DNA from: the human T2T-CHM13v2.0 reference genome, Homo sapiens
NCBI RefSeq assembly: GCF_009914755.1
Contig: NC_060942.1
DNA length: 64,000 bases
Reading direction: 5' to 3' (one strand)
Position numbers and translations under genes: made by a program. Under the pieces are notes generated by a model, which did not search any database, was not told the origin of the DNA, and worked only from the letters and a program-made list of their open reading frames with translations. Positions 1 to 13,730 of this stretch are shown one piece after another (position 1 is the stretch's first letter; every line of letters starts with the position of its first letter).

Positions 1-524
1 AACTCCAGGTCTGGAGCAGGACTGGGCCACCTGTTCCCAACCTCCTTTTGCCTTCCCCCTCCTCCCCTTTCCTTCCCCCCCTTCCCCTTTCCCCTTCCTC
101 CTTCTTCTCCTCCCCCAGCAGAAACCACAATCCCCAAATTGACCTTCCATCATGAAGCTGGGGTCAGAGTGCATTTCCATCAGTGCCTGCGTTTCATCAT
201 GGTCCTCTGGGATGGGAGCTGAGAGCCTGTTGCTGACGAACTATCACAGGCCAGCTGAAGCTTGGCTCCTTTTAAGCACTCTTTTCCCAGGTTGCCTTTT
301 TTTTTTTTTTTTTTTTTTTTTGGTAACCTCTGGGCTCTTCCCTGACTCCTCTCTTTGCTTCTGCAATTCCTACATTAAATTGAAGTCTGGAGCTGTATTA
401 TGGATTGGCTCTGAAGACCACCCCCCTCACTCCTCCTGGAAGGCCACAGCCCCGTGGCTGTGTCTGAGAGCAGGTTCAACCCCTCCTTGTTCTGGGAGAA
501 GAGTTGAGCCCCACAACTTTAGGA

Positions 525-695
525 TGGTGGTCCTCCAACTTGAGTGGGCATTGGAACCACCTGGAGGTTTGTTAAAACACAGACTCCTGGGCCCCACTCC
601 CAGAATCTGATTCAGTAGGGATCCGGTGAGTTCTGATAATTTGCATTTCTAACAAGCTGTGATGCTGGCTCAGGGAACATACTTTGAGAACCACC
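525..695. mobile_element. MER5A-type hAT-Charlie MITE
   Basis: gttaaaacacagactcctgggccccactcccaga...tttgcatttctaacaag...ctttgagaaccac. Confidence 0.75.
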
Positions 696-1589
696 AATCT
701 CTGTCTCCCAGAGAAACTTGAGGCTGGAAGAGTCTTCTCTATGCACCTCCTCAACCTTCTGGAGTAGAAGGCTTCCCTGCAAGAAGCTTAGGTTCATCTA
801 TGAGGAAGAATCGAGGCTGTCCTGCTTCCTGTCCCTTTTCACTCCCTCCCCCTCTCTCCTTTTTCTCCCTTGCCTTTTTCCTTCTCTCCCTGCTATGGCT
901 CTGCGTCTGTCTCTGGGCCTCTCCACGTGCACATACGTCCCTAGTGATGAGCTGGCTCTGGATTTGTGCAGCAAGCTCACAGCCATCTGGAGACGCTGGG
1001 CCACCCTGACTGACATATGCTAAAATACAGGCGGCAGAAAGACTCTGGGCAGAGACCAATTTGTTAATTTAATTGAGTTGCAAACAAGCAGGAAGCCAAC
1101 AGGGTTTGTGGGAAACCTATTAGGTATTCTCAGAACCAGCAACCGGGTTAGGTCCTGAGCTGAGGCTGGCATCTGCAGGCCAACTGCAGGAGGAGGAAGG
1201 GACCTGTCTCACTTCAGGGCTGCCCCACTGTGCAGAGTGGGGCAGAGATGCTCTGTGGGGGCCTGTCTGGTGTAGCGGGTGTCATTAGTGAACTCCTCGT
1301 TTCCACCACCAGAGCCCCTTTACTAGGCTGGCATTCCATCCTCCTTCTCAGAGACTTGCCCTTTGGAGTGAATGAGCCCTACCTTGCTTTGTTCCTCCCC
1401 TGCTTGGGAAGCAGCCTGAAGCCAAGGGCTGGCTGACTTGGAATATAAAAGCTGGGCCCCTTGCAAAGTGCTTTCCCAAAACTGAGAGGTTTCCTGGGAT
1501 GAAGGACAGTCCCAGGCAAACCTGGATGGCTGGTCACCCTACCACTATCTCACTATTTGTTTTCCAGAGCCTCTGATGAGATCAGGCTG

Positions 1590-1735
1590 AGACTAGACTT
1601 CAGTGGAGACCATATCCTGGCTGAGCCCCTTCCTGGCCTGCCCTGCTCCCCTTGCTCCTGAGCACACATGCCTATCAATCGTGTGCTGAATCCTTGCCTC
1701 AGGCTCTGCTTCTAGTGAGACCAGCCTAAGGATGC
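1590..1735 (+). mobile_element. Old ERVL LTR fragment (LTR16/LTR33-like); MER94-like MITE just upstream at about 1475-1540
   Basis: gaatccttgcctcaggctctgcttctag-type LTR 3' end; gtccc...ggtcaccct MITE terminus. Confidence 0.45.
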
Positions 1736-2562
1736 ATCCCCTAAGAATGATCACTCCACCCTCCCTGCTGATGAAAACAAACCACAAATGGGGAGGGAGT
1801 TCTTCAGCACTGCTAATCGTTCTGAAGATAAGGAACAGTCAAGGATAATAATAATAGATATTTGTTGATTTCCAGGGGGGCCTCTTAGCTTCCCTGTGAT
1901 GCCCCCTAACTCCAGCTAGTCATCAAAGAATTTATGTCTTTATTGCATAGAAAGCTGAGGACTTGAAGCCGGGAATACTTCATCTGTCCTCACCTTTACA
2001 TTGGGTACTTACTATGTAGTCAAGGCTGCTCTAAGCTCTGTGAGGGAAACAAAAATGAGTCTGACACAGTCTCCGGCCTCCTGTGCAGGTGTGTTAGTAA
2101 AATAGTTTCACACAATGTGTTGTAAGGCCACATGGGTGAGTGCCAGGACTTGCTGAGGCAGTGAGGGAGTTCAGAGAAGGCATTGCTCAGGGTGGGTTGG
2201 GGGTGCAGGCAGCCTTCTCAGCCGAGGAGCTGCGACTGGGTTCTGAACAGGCTTAGAGTCACCAAGGTAAAAAGGAAATAGCAGAGATGTCCAGGATGCT
2301 GCAGTCTAAGGTAGAGAGGCTTGGGTGTGTTTTGGAGTCAGGGAGGGGCTGCTTTTCTGGAGGGATGCTTGCACAAAAACGGAGGGGATGGGGTCTGCAG
2401 GAGGAGATGGTGCTGTGTTCTGAGGACAGAAGAACGAGAATGGCTCCCTGCAAACTGGTCCTTTTGGGGAAAGAACCCAGGGCTGTGTCACCATAGCAAG
2501 TTCTTAACCTCTCTAGGCCTCCCTCTCCTCGACTGTGAAATGCAGATAAAAATATAGAACTG

Positions 2563-2845
2563 GGCCAGGTGTGGTGGTTCACGCCTGTAATCTCAGCACT
2601 TTGGGAGGTCGAGGCGGGTGGATCGCTTGAGCCTAAGAGTTTGAGACCAGCCTGGGCAACAAAGTGAAACCCCATCTCTATAAAAAATCCAAAAAAAATT
2701 AGCCTGGTGTAGTGGGGTGTGCCTGTATTCCCAGTTACTAGGGAGGCTGAGGTGGGAGGATCTTTTGAGCCCAGGAGGTGAGGCTGCAGTGAGCTGTGAT
2801 CACACCACTGCGCTTCAGCCTGTTTCAAAAAACAAAAACAGAAAA
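2563..2845 (+). mobile_element. Alu (AluJ-like)
   Basis: Dimeric Alu with A-rich tail; gaactggg repeated at both ends. Confidence 0.92.
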
Positions 2846-3043
2846 GGAACTGGGTATGGATGGTAGTTTATGAAAATTAAATGAGGTGGCTCACACATGC
2901 TCTGGGCACTGAGCAATAGCTCATGCAGTGCTGGTTCCCTTTTCCCTGGTGCGATGTAGAAACAATCCCCCAGTCCCCACCCAGCAAACACTGTTGAAAT
3001 CCTGAAACCTCAAGTCCAAGCTTATAAATAATAATGACAGACT

Positions 3044-3352
<309 letters not shown>

Positions 3353-3387
3353 CTAACCCACAAAAACTTCCTTAGCTCATAATGCAC

Positions 3388-3391
<4 letters not shown>

Positions 3392-3430
<39 letters not shown>
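3392..3430. repeat. (GT)n microsatellite
   Basis: About 19 GT units. Confidence 0.95.
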
Positions 3431-3436
<6 letters not shown>

Positions 3437-4239
3437 AATAAAGATATAGTACAAAATAATAGTGATAATTAAACAAAAACTTATTAATGAATAAAAAAGG
3501 ATTTTTATTTATTTTTATAATAGCATAGGCTTAGAAGGAAAGGAGTGATGAGGAAGGGCCATGCTAGCCTTGACCTGAACCCTGAGAAGATGTCAAATGC
3601 TTCCTGCTGATCTGGGACAAATGTCACTGGCTGTTATGAAATAGATAGGGGAACCGATCAAAAATGTGCATCCCAGCCTTGAACTCTATCTGTCATGTCT
3701 TTCTGCCCCCTATGGATGGGGCTGGCAGGGTTTGCTCTAAAGAGCCACCACTGCTTAGATGGCCATGAATGATCAGGTCTTCTCCCAGTTCCTTATACCT
3801 TCTCCTGCACCCAGAGAGCCCCATAGTCAGTTCCCCATGAATGCTCAGCCATGTTGGGCCTGTGTATTAAAATGATGGTTTAATGTTACATGATCTATAG
3901 CACAGCTGCATTGGCTGCTAAATTGCCTCTTTACTAGACTTCATTATGGTTTTGTGTTTGTTCATCTGTGACTTCCTTTGTAACAAGCTGTCCTCATATT
4001 TTACATTTCAATATGCATTTTTTTGGTGAGTTTTAAAGCTGGTTCATGGCAACAGAAGTATGTCACATCCGACTGATCCATTGCTGAGAGATCAGGGTTT
4101 GTCTTCTTTTTTGTTGGTTTTATACCAATATTTTCAGATGCAGTTATAAACTTTTAACATCCTTACAATTTACCACAGCTCAGTTACACACCCAATTTTC
4201 TGCACTTACGTCATCTTTTTCATGCTGAAAGTTTGTTAA

Positions 4240-4690
4240 CGGTAGAGTGGATAAATAAAGTGTAGTTGATTCATATAATAGAATAGTATACAAGAATAAA
4301 ACTGGGCGGGGCATGGTGGCTCATGCCTGTAATCCCAGTGCTTTGAAGTGAGACTCTGAGTCTTAAAAAAAAAAACAGGAATAAAACTGAACAAACTGCA
4401 GCCACACTCAGCAACATAGATGAATCTCACGAATGCAATGTTGAAAGAAAGGAAGTCAGATACAGAAGGATATGTACGATAATGATTCAGTGATGCATTC
4501 TTGTGTGAGAAAGCCATAAGGAACATGAGATGGGATTATTATAAAAGTCACAGGGACAGAACTGAGGACTTCTGGGGCACTGGCTAGGTTCCATTTCTTG
4601 ACCTCGAGGTAGTTACACATCTGTTTGCTTTAGAATATTTTGTTAAGCTATACATTTATGTGCTTTTGACAATTAAAAGGTTGAAAAATA
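4240..4690 (+). mobile_element. Old L1M 3'-end fragment interrupted by a mini-Alu
   Basis: gcaacatagatgaatctcac...aagtcagatacaga motifs typical of L1M 3' UTRs. Confidence 0.65.
4304..4375 (+). mobile_element. Internally deleted Alu (about 72 bp, head fused to tail)
   Basis: Alu 5' ~41 nt joined to gtgagactctg..tct plus A tail; TSD caagaataaaactg/caggaataaaactg. Confidence 0.85.
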
Positions 4691-4954
4691 ACCACTATAT
4701 ATACTGAATTGAGTAGGAATTTTGGCCTTACAAAATTCTATTTCATTTGCCAATTATAAGCTTCCTGCTTTATCATTTTATCACTTATTTCTGAGTTTGC
4801 CAGTTATGCTCAGCTGAAATCCACCTAATGCCAGATAAATCTGAGAGTGAGGACTTCAAAATCTGAAAACTGCAGAGTCCTGCTAAGTATTTGGTATACT
4901 ACAGGCATTGAGCTAGGTAGATCATATTAGTCATCATATTGGAGAAACAGAATC

Positions 4955-5414
4955 ATTCTATAGTCATCCATCTGGGGAAACAGAACCAATAAGATGTCTA
5001 TATATATAGGAAGAGATGTCCTTTAAGAAATTGATTCACATGATTATGGAGGCTGGCAAGTTCGAAATCAGCGGGGTGGGCAGGCAAGCTGGAACCCAGA
5101 AAAGCCAATATTCCAGATGGCTGTAGAATTAGGAAGAGCTGATGTTGAAGCTAAAGTTCAAAGGCAGCCTGTTGAAGAATTCTGTCTTGCTAGGTGGGCA
5201 ATGCTGCTTGTTTTGTTTAATTCATGCCCTTCAACTGATTGGATGAGGCCCACTCACATAAAGGAGGGCAAATATACTTTATTCAAAGTCCATTGATTGA
5301 AATGTTAATCTCTTTCGAAAACAAACACCTCACAGAAACACCCAGAATAATTTTTGACAAATATCTGGGCAACCCCTGGCTGAGCCAAGTTGATGCATAA
5401 AAGTAACCATCACA
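4955..5414 (-). mobile_element. MLT2 (ERVL) solo LTR
   Basis: gaaacagaaccaata...ggctggcaag...caactgattggatgaggcccac...aaccatcaca. Confidence 0.75.
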
Positions 5415-5671
5415 GTAGGTGTCACATGACATGTACCTGGTTTACAGCCTCCTGAATTGATTATTCTGACCCCCATTTTGCAGAAAGCATTTAAATACCT
5501 TGTCTATGGTTGCACAGCTGGGAAGCAGCAGAGACAGGAGTTAAATCAAAGTCTATGTGACAACAAATACCAGTGGTGAACAAGCTTTTTTCCTTTTTTG
5601 GCATTAGGGCCAATTCAATAAAAAAAAAATGGGCTGCATATTTTCATTTCTTTTCATTTCATTTCATTTTA

Positions 5672-5925
5672 TTGTTGTTTTTGTTGTTGTTTTGAGACAG
5701 AGTCTTGCTCTGTCACCCAGACTGGAGTGCAGTGGTGTGATCTCGGCTCACTGCAGCCTCTGCCTCCTGGGTTCAAGTGATTTCCGGCCAATTTTTGTAT
5801 TTTTAGTAGAGACAGAGTTTCACCATGTTGGCCAGGCTGATCTTGAACTCCTGATCTCAGGGGGATCCGCTTGCCTCAGCCTCCCAAAGTGCTGGGATTA
5901 CAGGCATAAGCCACCGCGCCTGACC
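5672..5925 (-). mobile_element. Alu (AluS-like) with a ~45-50 bp internal deletion near 5783
   Basis: caagtgatt joins directly to ccggccaatttttgtat. Confidence 0.9.
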
Positions 5926-6767
5926 ATTACATTTCATTTCAATCCAAAATGAAAATAATTTGATTGAATCTCATGGGGAAAATGTATTTAAAATATAATT
6001 ACCCAACTTACTGATGGTAAATTGCCAATTGCCTTTTGTTTTTAGTGACCAAAATGCTGTATTTGGACATTTTGAAAGAAAGCAGCTTTCTAATATTTCA
6101 CCCTGACAGAAGACCAAAGTGGGCTGTGTGTTGCACATTCCTGCACTCTGATGCATGCCAGAAAGGTGAGCGAGGAAAGCAGGCTTAACTTTCCATGGAA
6201 GAGGATGCAGCTGGACAGATAAGCAGAAGGAAACTGCAGGGCACTGTCCAGGGCTTGAGTGCCTGATGGCTCAAACCTACCTTTCCCTAGAGGTAGAGTA
6301 TTAATAGCACAGCACTTAACATTATCAACCTTGACCTGATGGTCTTTGGAGGCTACAAATGGAATGGACTAAGACAGACAGCAAGAGGGTGAAGGAGGGG
6401 AGGGGAAGTACAGAGAGAGGGAGGGTAATGAAGGAGGAATGGAGAAAACTCAAGCACCAGAGAGACGTCTTTTGAGAAAAAAAAACAGCAAAGCAAGCCA
6501 GAAGAAAGAAGCTGCTTAAGGATGTCTGATTTGTAAGAGAAAGGGGCTGTAATGGGCTTCACGGGCCCACAGAGTGGTGAAAACCTGGTGCAAGGGTATG
6601 CACAGCCCTGCAGAAGGAAGAAAGTGGTGCCCACAGAGATGGGGGCTGAGCCATTTGGGGAGTATATGGGAGTCAGAGAGGTGTGGCTGGTGGAGGTGGC
6701 GGGGATGGTCCTGGAAATATTGTCAAGGCCATGAGCTACCAGCCTGATGTGTGGATGGCTCTTTCTC

Positions 6768-7047
6768 TTTTTTATTTTTTTGAGACAAGATCTCACTCTG
6801 TCACCCAGGCTGGAGTGTAGTGGTTTGATCAAGCTCACTGAAGCCTCAACCTCCCTGGGCTCAGGTGACCCTCCTACCTTAGCCTCTTGAGTAACTGGGA
6901 TTATAGGCATGGCTAATTTTTATATTTTTATAGAGATAGAATCTCACAATGTTACCCAGGCTGGTCTCAAATGCCTGGTCTCAAGCGATCTGCCCACCTT
7001 GGCTTTTCAAAGTGCTAGGATTCCAGGCGTGAGTCACCATGCCTGCT
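6768..7047 (-). mobile_element. Alu (AluJ-like)
   Basis: Diverged antisense Alu dimer. Confidence 0.9.
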
Positions 7048-7100
7048 CTCTTTCTCTTTTTTACAAGTCGTATGCCAAAGGAAAGAGCATGGGCTTTAAA

Positions 7101-7220
7101 ATATATATAGAAAGAGATGTATTATAAGAAATTGATTCACATGATTATGGAGGCTGGCAAGTCCAAAATCTGCAAGGTGGGCCAGCAAGCTAGAACCCAG
7201 AAGAGCCGGTATTCCAATGG
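7101..7220 (-). mobile_element. MLT2 fragment, near-copy of 5000-5120
   Basis: Shares a 38-nt identical run with the upstream MLT2. Confidence 0.7.
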
Positions 7221-9462
7221 AAATATCGAAATTCAACTTAAAATAATGTCACTACAATGCCTTATCCATATGACTGCCAATTTGTATTTATGTGACATAT
7301 TTATGTGATACTGTATTAAGTGGTGCTGGTAAAAAGAGGATATTATTTATCTTTTCTCATGGAGTTGCAGGAGAATTCAATATGATAATAAATATGAAAT
7401 TCCAGGCACAGAGCTGGCTCCTTTCTTCCTGCTGTCATCTTGAATAATTGTAGCTTTGCCACGTTTCACCATAGTCACTGCTTCACATATGTCATTTTTC
7501 TCTTTCCAGTGAGATGGAAGCACCTTAAGGGGTTTTCTCTCTCCAATGAATGGGTCACAATAGGGGAGAGAAGAAAGAGAGGAGGCCAGGATCAGACTGG
7601 GTAAAATCATGGTGCTACCATGACTGTTACCTTGGGAATGTCATTTACCTGCCAGAGCTCTGTTTCTTCTCACCTGTACAATGGGTTTATAACACCCACC
7701 TTGAAGGGATGTTGCAAGCATCAGGAAAAACGAGTGTTCAATGCCTGTCTTAGTAGGTCCTAAACAATGATTGATCCCGGAGTAGCTAGCCCAGAGCTAA
7801 GCCCAGAGTAAGTGCTCAATAAATATTTGTGAATGGGACTCTCTGAAGCCCAGTCCCAAGGTGAGCTGGATTTCCAGGGTTTGGCAATGAAAATCCTTGG
7901 ATTGTGTAACCTGAGAGCTGAATATGTGAGTGAGGGGGTTCTTACAGCAGAGCACCAGCACAGGCGGCCAAGGAACCCAGGCACCCAGCCTTCTAACCCC
8001 TTCCTCTGCCTCAGGGAGAGGCGTGCATGCATCCCTGAGCCGGTCAGTGGCCACAAGGGACTCAGCCCCAGGGGACAGCAGGTGTCAGATCAGCCTCCAC
8101 AGACCCTCCACGGCATTAATCCACTTGTCAGGGCAAATGCTTACTTCCTTCATCCTCTCTTCCCCTGACTTTGAAACACTGAGCCCTGGTGGAAAATTAA
8201 AACCCACTTTGTCAGATTCCCCAGAGAAAAAAGGGAGCTTGGAGCAGATGTTTAACACCAGAATTAGCACTCACGGGGCACTGGCAACACCAGCTCCCAG
8301 CTGAAGACCTCTGATCCCAGACATGGAAGCCATTCACTTCCTAGGGGTGGCCAGACCAGGATAGTTCCACCTTTCAAGGAGAAAGGTCACGAGCCCTTGG
8401 ATGGCTTTAGAGTGGTCTTTTTCTGCCCTGCTTATGGCCTCTGCTGTGAGGAAATCTGGCTGTAGCCATTCAGGTTAGCCCTGATTGCATACAGGACTCT
8501 CCTCTGGAACGAAGGAGTCTCACCAGGGACACTCTTGGCTGCCTTCAACTGTACATCACCTCAAGTCCTGCTCCTCTGCCGATCCAGACCCTGACCCCAG
8601 TGTACTACCTTGACAGTATGGGCAAGCCCTCAGGCCAATCCTAATGCTTTTCATCCCTTCAAAGGTGTTCAAGTATTCCCCCTCCATGCAGCCTTACCTG
8701 ACTACTCCAGCCCAGCTCATCAGCCTCTCCCCTGACCTCCAACTGCCCTTGGAGTTCTGAGTTTAGGCTGTGTTTATACACACACGTGCTGTTGGACTGT
8801 CTTCCACACAAGGAGCTCTTGTCCCCCCGAGTTAGTAAGTCCCCACAGGTCCTTTCCTACTTTCCCACCTCTGTCCAACACATGGCTGCTTACCCAGTCC
8901 CAGCCTCCATCCTCTGCACCCTGGGCCCCTGCAAGAGCCTTCTAAATGGTTTGTTGTGCCCACTCTTGCCATGGCACCATCATTCACCAGCCAGAGGGCT
9001 ATCTTTAAAAAGCAACATTGTGACCTCAAGTCTCCCTCCCTGTCCCCCACCCGAAAAGCCTTCAATGGCTTTGTATTGCCCTGAGCATGGCTCACAAGCC
9101 CTCTGTGATCTCATGATTACCAAGCAAATGTGACAGTAGTTACTAGTTACTGTGAGTCCTCCCAGTGAGATTAGAAGGCCTGTGAGGGCAGGAATCTTGG
9201 TTACCACTCTATGTACAGGGCCTAGCACATTGCTGGTACCTCAGTACATTTTTGTGAAATGATGGGATGAGTGAGTGGATAACTGAATCATTGAATGCCC
9301 CTGTGAGGCCTTGAGATTGCTGGCAAGCAGTGGTTGCATTTAGTCTCTATCCTAGGTCGCGTTTTCTGGTAGCAGAATGCCTGGCAGGAGGAGTTGTGAG
9401 CACATGACTTCTTAGAGAAGGGCATCCAGTGGACACCAGCCAGTGAGCTGGGGAAAGCCAAG

Positions 9463-9672
9463 TGTGGTCGAATAAAAAATATATTTGCTCTTTGCCCCAT
9501 TCCTGGCATAGATATTCCTAAAACTTGTGGAACCCCCTGAAAGACAGGAGCATCTTTTATCATTTATAACGAGCCCCCTTTGAACATATCTGAGTCTTTG
9601 CTAATGAGATGATTCTTGGCAGCGCCCCTAGATAGCTTCAGGATGGGGGCTGGTCACCAGAGGAACCAACCA
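9463..9672 (+). mobile_element. MER21-like LTR fragment within older LTR-derived sequence
   Basis: ttcctggcatagatattcctaaaac...gctaatgagatga...cctagatagcttcaggatgggggctggtcacc. Confidence 0.55.
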
Positions 9673-11194
9673 AGGGTCTGTGCTAACGTGTGGAGATTAT
9701 TTCGTTTTTCCTACATTATGGCAGCTTATCTCAAAATAATGTCTCTCTCCCTTACTTCTTTGCTGATTGTCTTTTAAGCCAGGGAGAGTAGGATCAATGG
9801 GCCCCAAGTTCACAAGTCCTGCCCTTGTCCATGTGACATGAATGTGAGCAGTTCTCCCCATCTGAGACCTGCTGCCACTGTGTGGGATGGTGCCCCTTTG
9901 CAAGCTCTGGCCTCTCCTCTGCACACAGGCAGTTGCAAGCAGAGATCTCATTGAGAACCAGCTTGCAAAGGGTAATGCCATGATCCTGGGTTGGGAAGGG
10001 TGTGGGGTGCAGTTGTTGGGGAGGCTGCCCAGGACGTTAGTATCTCGCTTCAGCTGAGCCAGCCATTCCCAGTCACAGGGCTCCATTCCAGTTGCTGACT
10101 GCTCTCAGTTTTCTGCTTGTGACACATCATTAAAGCCAGGCTCTGTCCCTGTTCCCTGCCACCTCGTTTTAATACTAATTGCAGCCAAAGCAAATTAGAA
10201 CAAATCTGCTGTTCCTGAAACATGCTGTGCACAACGGAGCCAAATGTAAGTGATTTTATTTTTACGCAAGTTATTTATGTGATTGCTCTCTTCCATCGGT
10301 GCTGATAGGAGGATGACTGCTTTTGAAAGTAGAGGCGATGGGTTCCTCACTGTCAAACAAACAGCCAGGAAGTGACTGCTGGGAGACAAATAGATCCCAA
10401 GACCATCCAGCCATACCTCAGCTTTGGAAGGAAGAAAGAGGAAGAAAATGCCTATGTCCTGATTGGCAAGGGGTGGGGCTTGCTTTGTGGCTGCCCTCCT
10501 CTCCAGAACATTGGTCAAATGTCTGTCCCAAAGTCCCATCCAGCCTGTGGCATGTCAGATCAAGGCCAGAATTGTCAGTCTCTGTGTTGCAGCTCCTCTG
10601 CCGCTGCCCAGAGGCAAGTGACTGGTGTCAAAACAGACCCTTTGTCCTTACCACTTCCTTGGAATATGCAGAAAGCATGTGTCTGGGGAACTTGAGCTGC
10701 CAAGCTTTGCTTTGGGGAGACTTCAGTGAAAATATATGCCACTTCTTGGTGGCAGGACTTGGTGGCAAGTTGAGCACATGCAAGAGGCAGACAAAGCATT
10801 TATTTAGAAAAACAGCAAAGCGGGGTAAAAAAGAAAAAGTGGAAGAGAATTACTAAACTTTTGATATTTGATCCTTCCTTCCATGTGGAAAAATATGAAC
10901 ACTGGTAGTTTTTCCTTTTGTATCATTTGAATTTCGATGTATGTGGGGGAGTGGCCTGCAACATCTGTTCAGGATGCGGGATTTTTATGATCTCAGACAC
11001 CCTTGCCCCCATGGAAAGGTGGAGAATGGGAGAGGGTGGGATATCAGGAATTTGTGTTAGAATTTTACGTTCTTGGAGGTTGATTTAGGAGTTCTTTGTT
11101 TGGCAAAGCCAGATCTAGAGAACAATAGCCCAGAACATGGCCCATCTCCCTGTGGGTATAAATAGTCCTTCCTGGGGCCTAGGAGTGGCCTGTG

Positions 11195-11375
11195 CAGTGC
11201 ACACTTGAGTGAGCAACAGCATCACCTCTGGGGCTTGTTAAAACAGATTGCTGGGACCCACTGGAGAGCGTCTGATTCAGCAGGTGCAGCGTCGGGCCTG
11301 AGAATGGACATATCTAATAAGTTCCCAGAGGTGCTGATGCTGCAGGGACAGGGACCATACTTTCAGAACCACTGG
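11195..11375. mobile_element. MER5A-type MITE
   Basis: gggcttgttaaaacagattgctggg...tctgattcag...ctttcagaaccactg. Confidence 0.75.
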
Positions 11376-11534
11376 CCTGGAACATGGTATGACCCAAGCT
11401 GAGTGGGCTGACATGCAGTTCTTGAGGTGAGCAGACAGTGTGGAACATTTGTGGCACTAGGTCAACAGTGGCTGCCATAGCCGGAATCTGTGGAGGTGTC
11501 AGTGGTTTCAAGCAGACAAGTGGCTATCCAAGGA

Positions 11535-11640
11535 GGGAAAAAAGAAGCCCTGATTGTAGCTGTTTCCAATTTCTGTGGTGTAAATACTCCTATCACGGCC
11601 AGTTTCAAGCTACCAATATGATGCTACTGAACACTGAGGA
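11535..11640. mobile_element. MER63-like hAT fragment
   Basis: gccctgattgtagc...gtggtgtaaatactcc...tttcaagctacca. Confidence 0.5.
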
Positions 11641-11947
11641 AAAATGTGCCTAATTCACTCTTTCAGCACATCAGGGAGGAGAGGGTTACTGATGGGGAAC
11701 AGGCCTATAGCTTGGCACGTCTGCTGGAATGACTAAAAGGGCTGTTCACCACTATGGGAAAGTCCTGAGGCCTCTCACTGGAAGAATGAAGAGCACAAAG
11801 TATGGGAGTGGAGTAGCCAGAAGAAAACACTGGTTTGTTTCTCTAAGAGAGAGGAGACTTGCATCTGGCCTGCCGGCCCTTCTTTTGCCTGCTGACCTGG
11901 GACACAAAAAATTATTACATGTGTTTTTTTTTTTTTTTTTAAAGTTA

Positions 11948-12290
<343 letters not shown>

Positions 12291-12329
12291 TTAGAGGTAC
12301 AAAAAAAGAAAATAAACATCATATATTGT

Positions 12330-12870
12330 TCCACTGTGCAGAAATAAACACTATTAATATGTGGGTTTCTATTCTATTTTGTTTAACATGTATACACACA
12401 CACACGTAACTATTCACACAGGTTTTATGGAGTTGTCTTACATATACTGTTTTGAAACCCGATTCTTGCATGTAATAGAGAATCATGAACACCTTCTCAT
12501 GTAATTAAATGTTCTATAGCACAATTTCTAATAAGTGAAGAGTATTCCCTTATGTAGATGTATCACCACTTATTTATTGAATCTCCTCTTCTTGGAAATT
12601 TGTTTGTGTCCCACATTTTTTAATTACAAACATGCTCTGCTGAACAGCCTCATATCTAAATATGGCCTCATATCTAAATATGATTATTTCTTGGAATTCA
12701 GTTGTCTAATAGGAAACACTGACTCAAGCACAAGTGTGCATGTTTTTAAACTTTTGATTCATAGTGTCAAGTTGCCTTCCAGAAAGGCCATCGCTGTTCA
12801 CACTCCCATCAGCAGCATTTGCAAGCTCCCTTTTCATCAACCTCTTACCCACAGTGGGTTTTAAAACTCA
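12330..12870 (-). mobile_element. Old L1ME-type fragment
   Basis: Antisense L1 3' UTR-like AT-rich sequence. Confidence 0.55.
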
Positions 12871-13554
12871 AATGTATTAGTGAGGCAGTTTGTTTTTTGC
12901 TTTTGTTTTTTACGTTACAATGAAAGAGTCATGTCGCAAGAAACTGACTGGCATTCAAATATAAGACAGGCAATCAATGAAGGTACCACCCCGCTGAACT
13001 TCAAAGTTCCACTAAAATACTTTAATATTTGGCTTGCAGGGAGATGATAAAAATTGCAGCTGTTGCAGTCAGCTATGCTTTCTACAACGTAAGTGTCTTG
13101 ATTGAAGCAGAGAGGGTGGGAGGAGCTGGGGCACCCAACAGTGCTCAGGGAACAGAGGACCAAAGAGCCACCAGGCAGAACCATCTCTCACAATAGAAGA
13201 CTGACATTTTGTGATCACAGCTCCTGAAAGGAACAAAGGATGGACAATAGCAGGAACTGGAGGAGAAAAAGAACAAGCTATTAACAAGCAAATTAAGACC
13301 AGACAAGGGAGATGAATCAGAAGTGATCCAATAACCAGCCCTGGATTAAGTGCATCTGGCTCTCCCAGGGATTTCACAGTCATTTGCTTCAAACTGCTAA
13401 TCTTTTCTGAGAGGTTCCCTTCAAGCCGTCTGGAAGGAATGAATAAATGGATGGCTTAGCCAAATAGTTACTCCTGCAATGTTTTATACATGGGTGAGCA
13501 TATACATTGTCATGCCTCATTGATTCAGGATTTAAAGTTTGACTGTTTTACAGA

Positions 13555-13730
13555 ATTACAGAATTTTAGAGTTAGAAGTGACCTAAACGGCATTTAGTCC
13601 ATCTGTCATTTTGCAGACGAGGAAACTGAAGCTCAGATAGGTCATATGATTTTTTTCCTATTTCATGCATCAAAATATTGGCAGAGCTAGGACTAGAACC
13701 CAGATCTCCAACTTTTAGTCCAATACTGTT
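13555..13730. mobile_element. MIR
   Basis: cattttgcagacgaggaaactgaagctcaga core. Confidence 0.7.

Noticed and set aside
12647-12682. 18-bp tandem duplication gcctcatatctaaatatg, and a 15-bp triple repeat at about 51525-51570
   Set aside because: Ordinary replication slippage with no sign of function.
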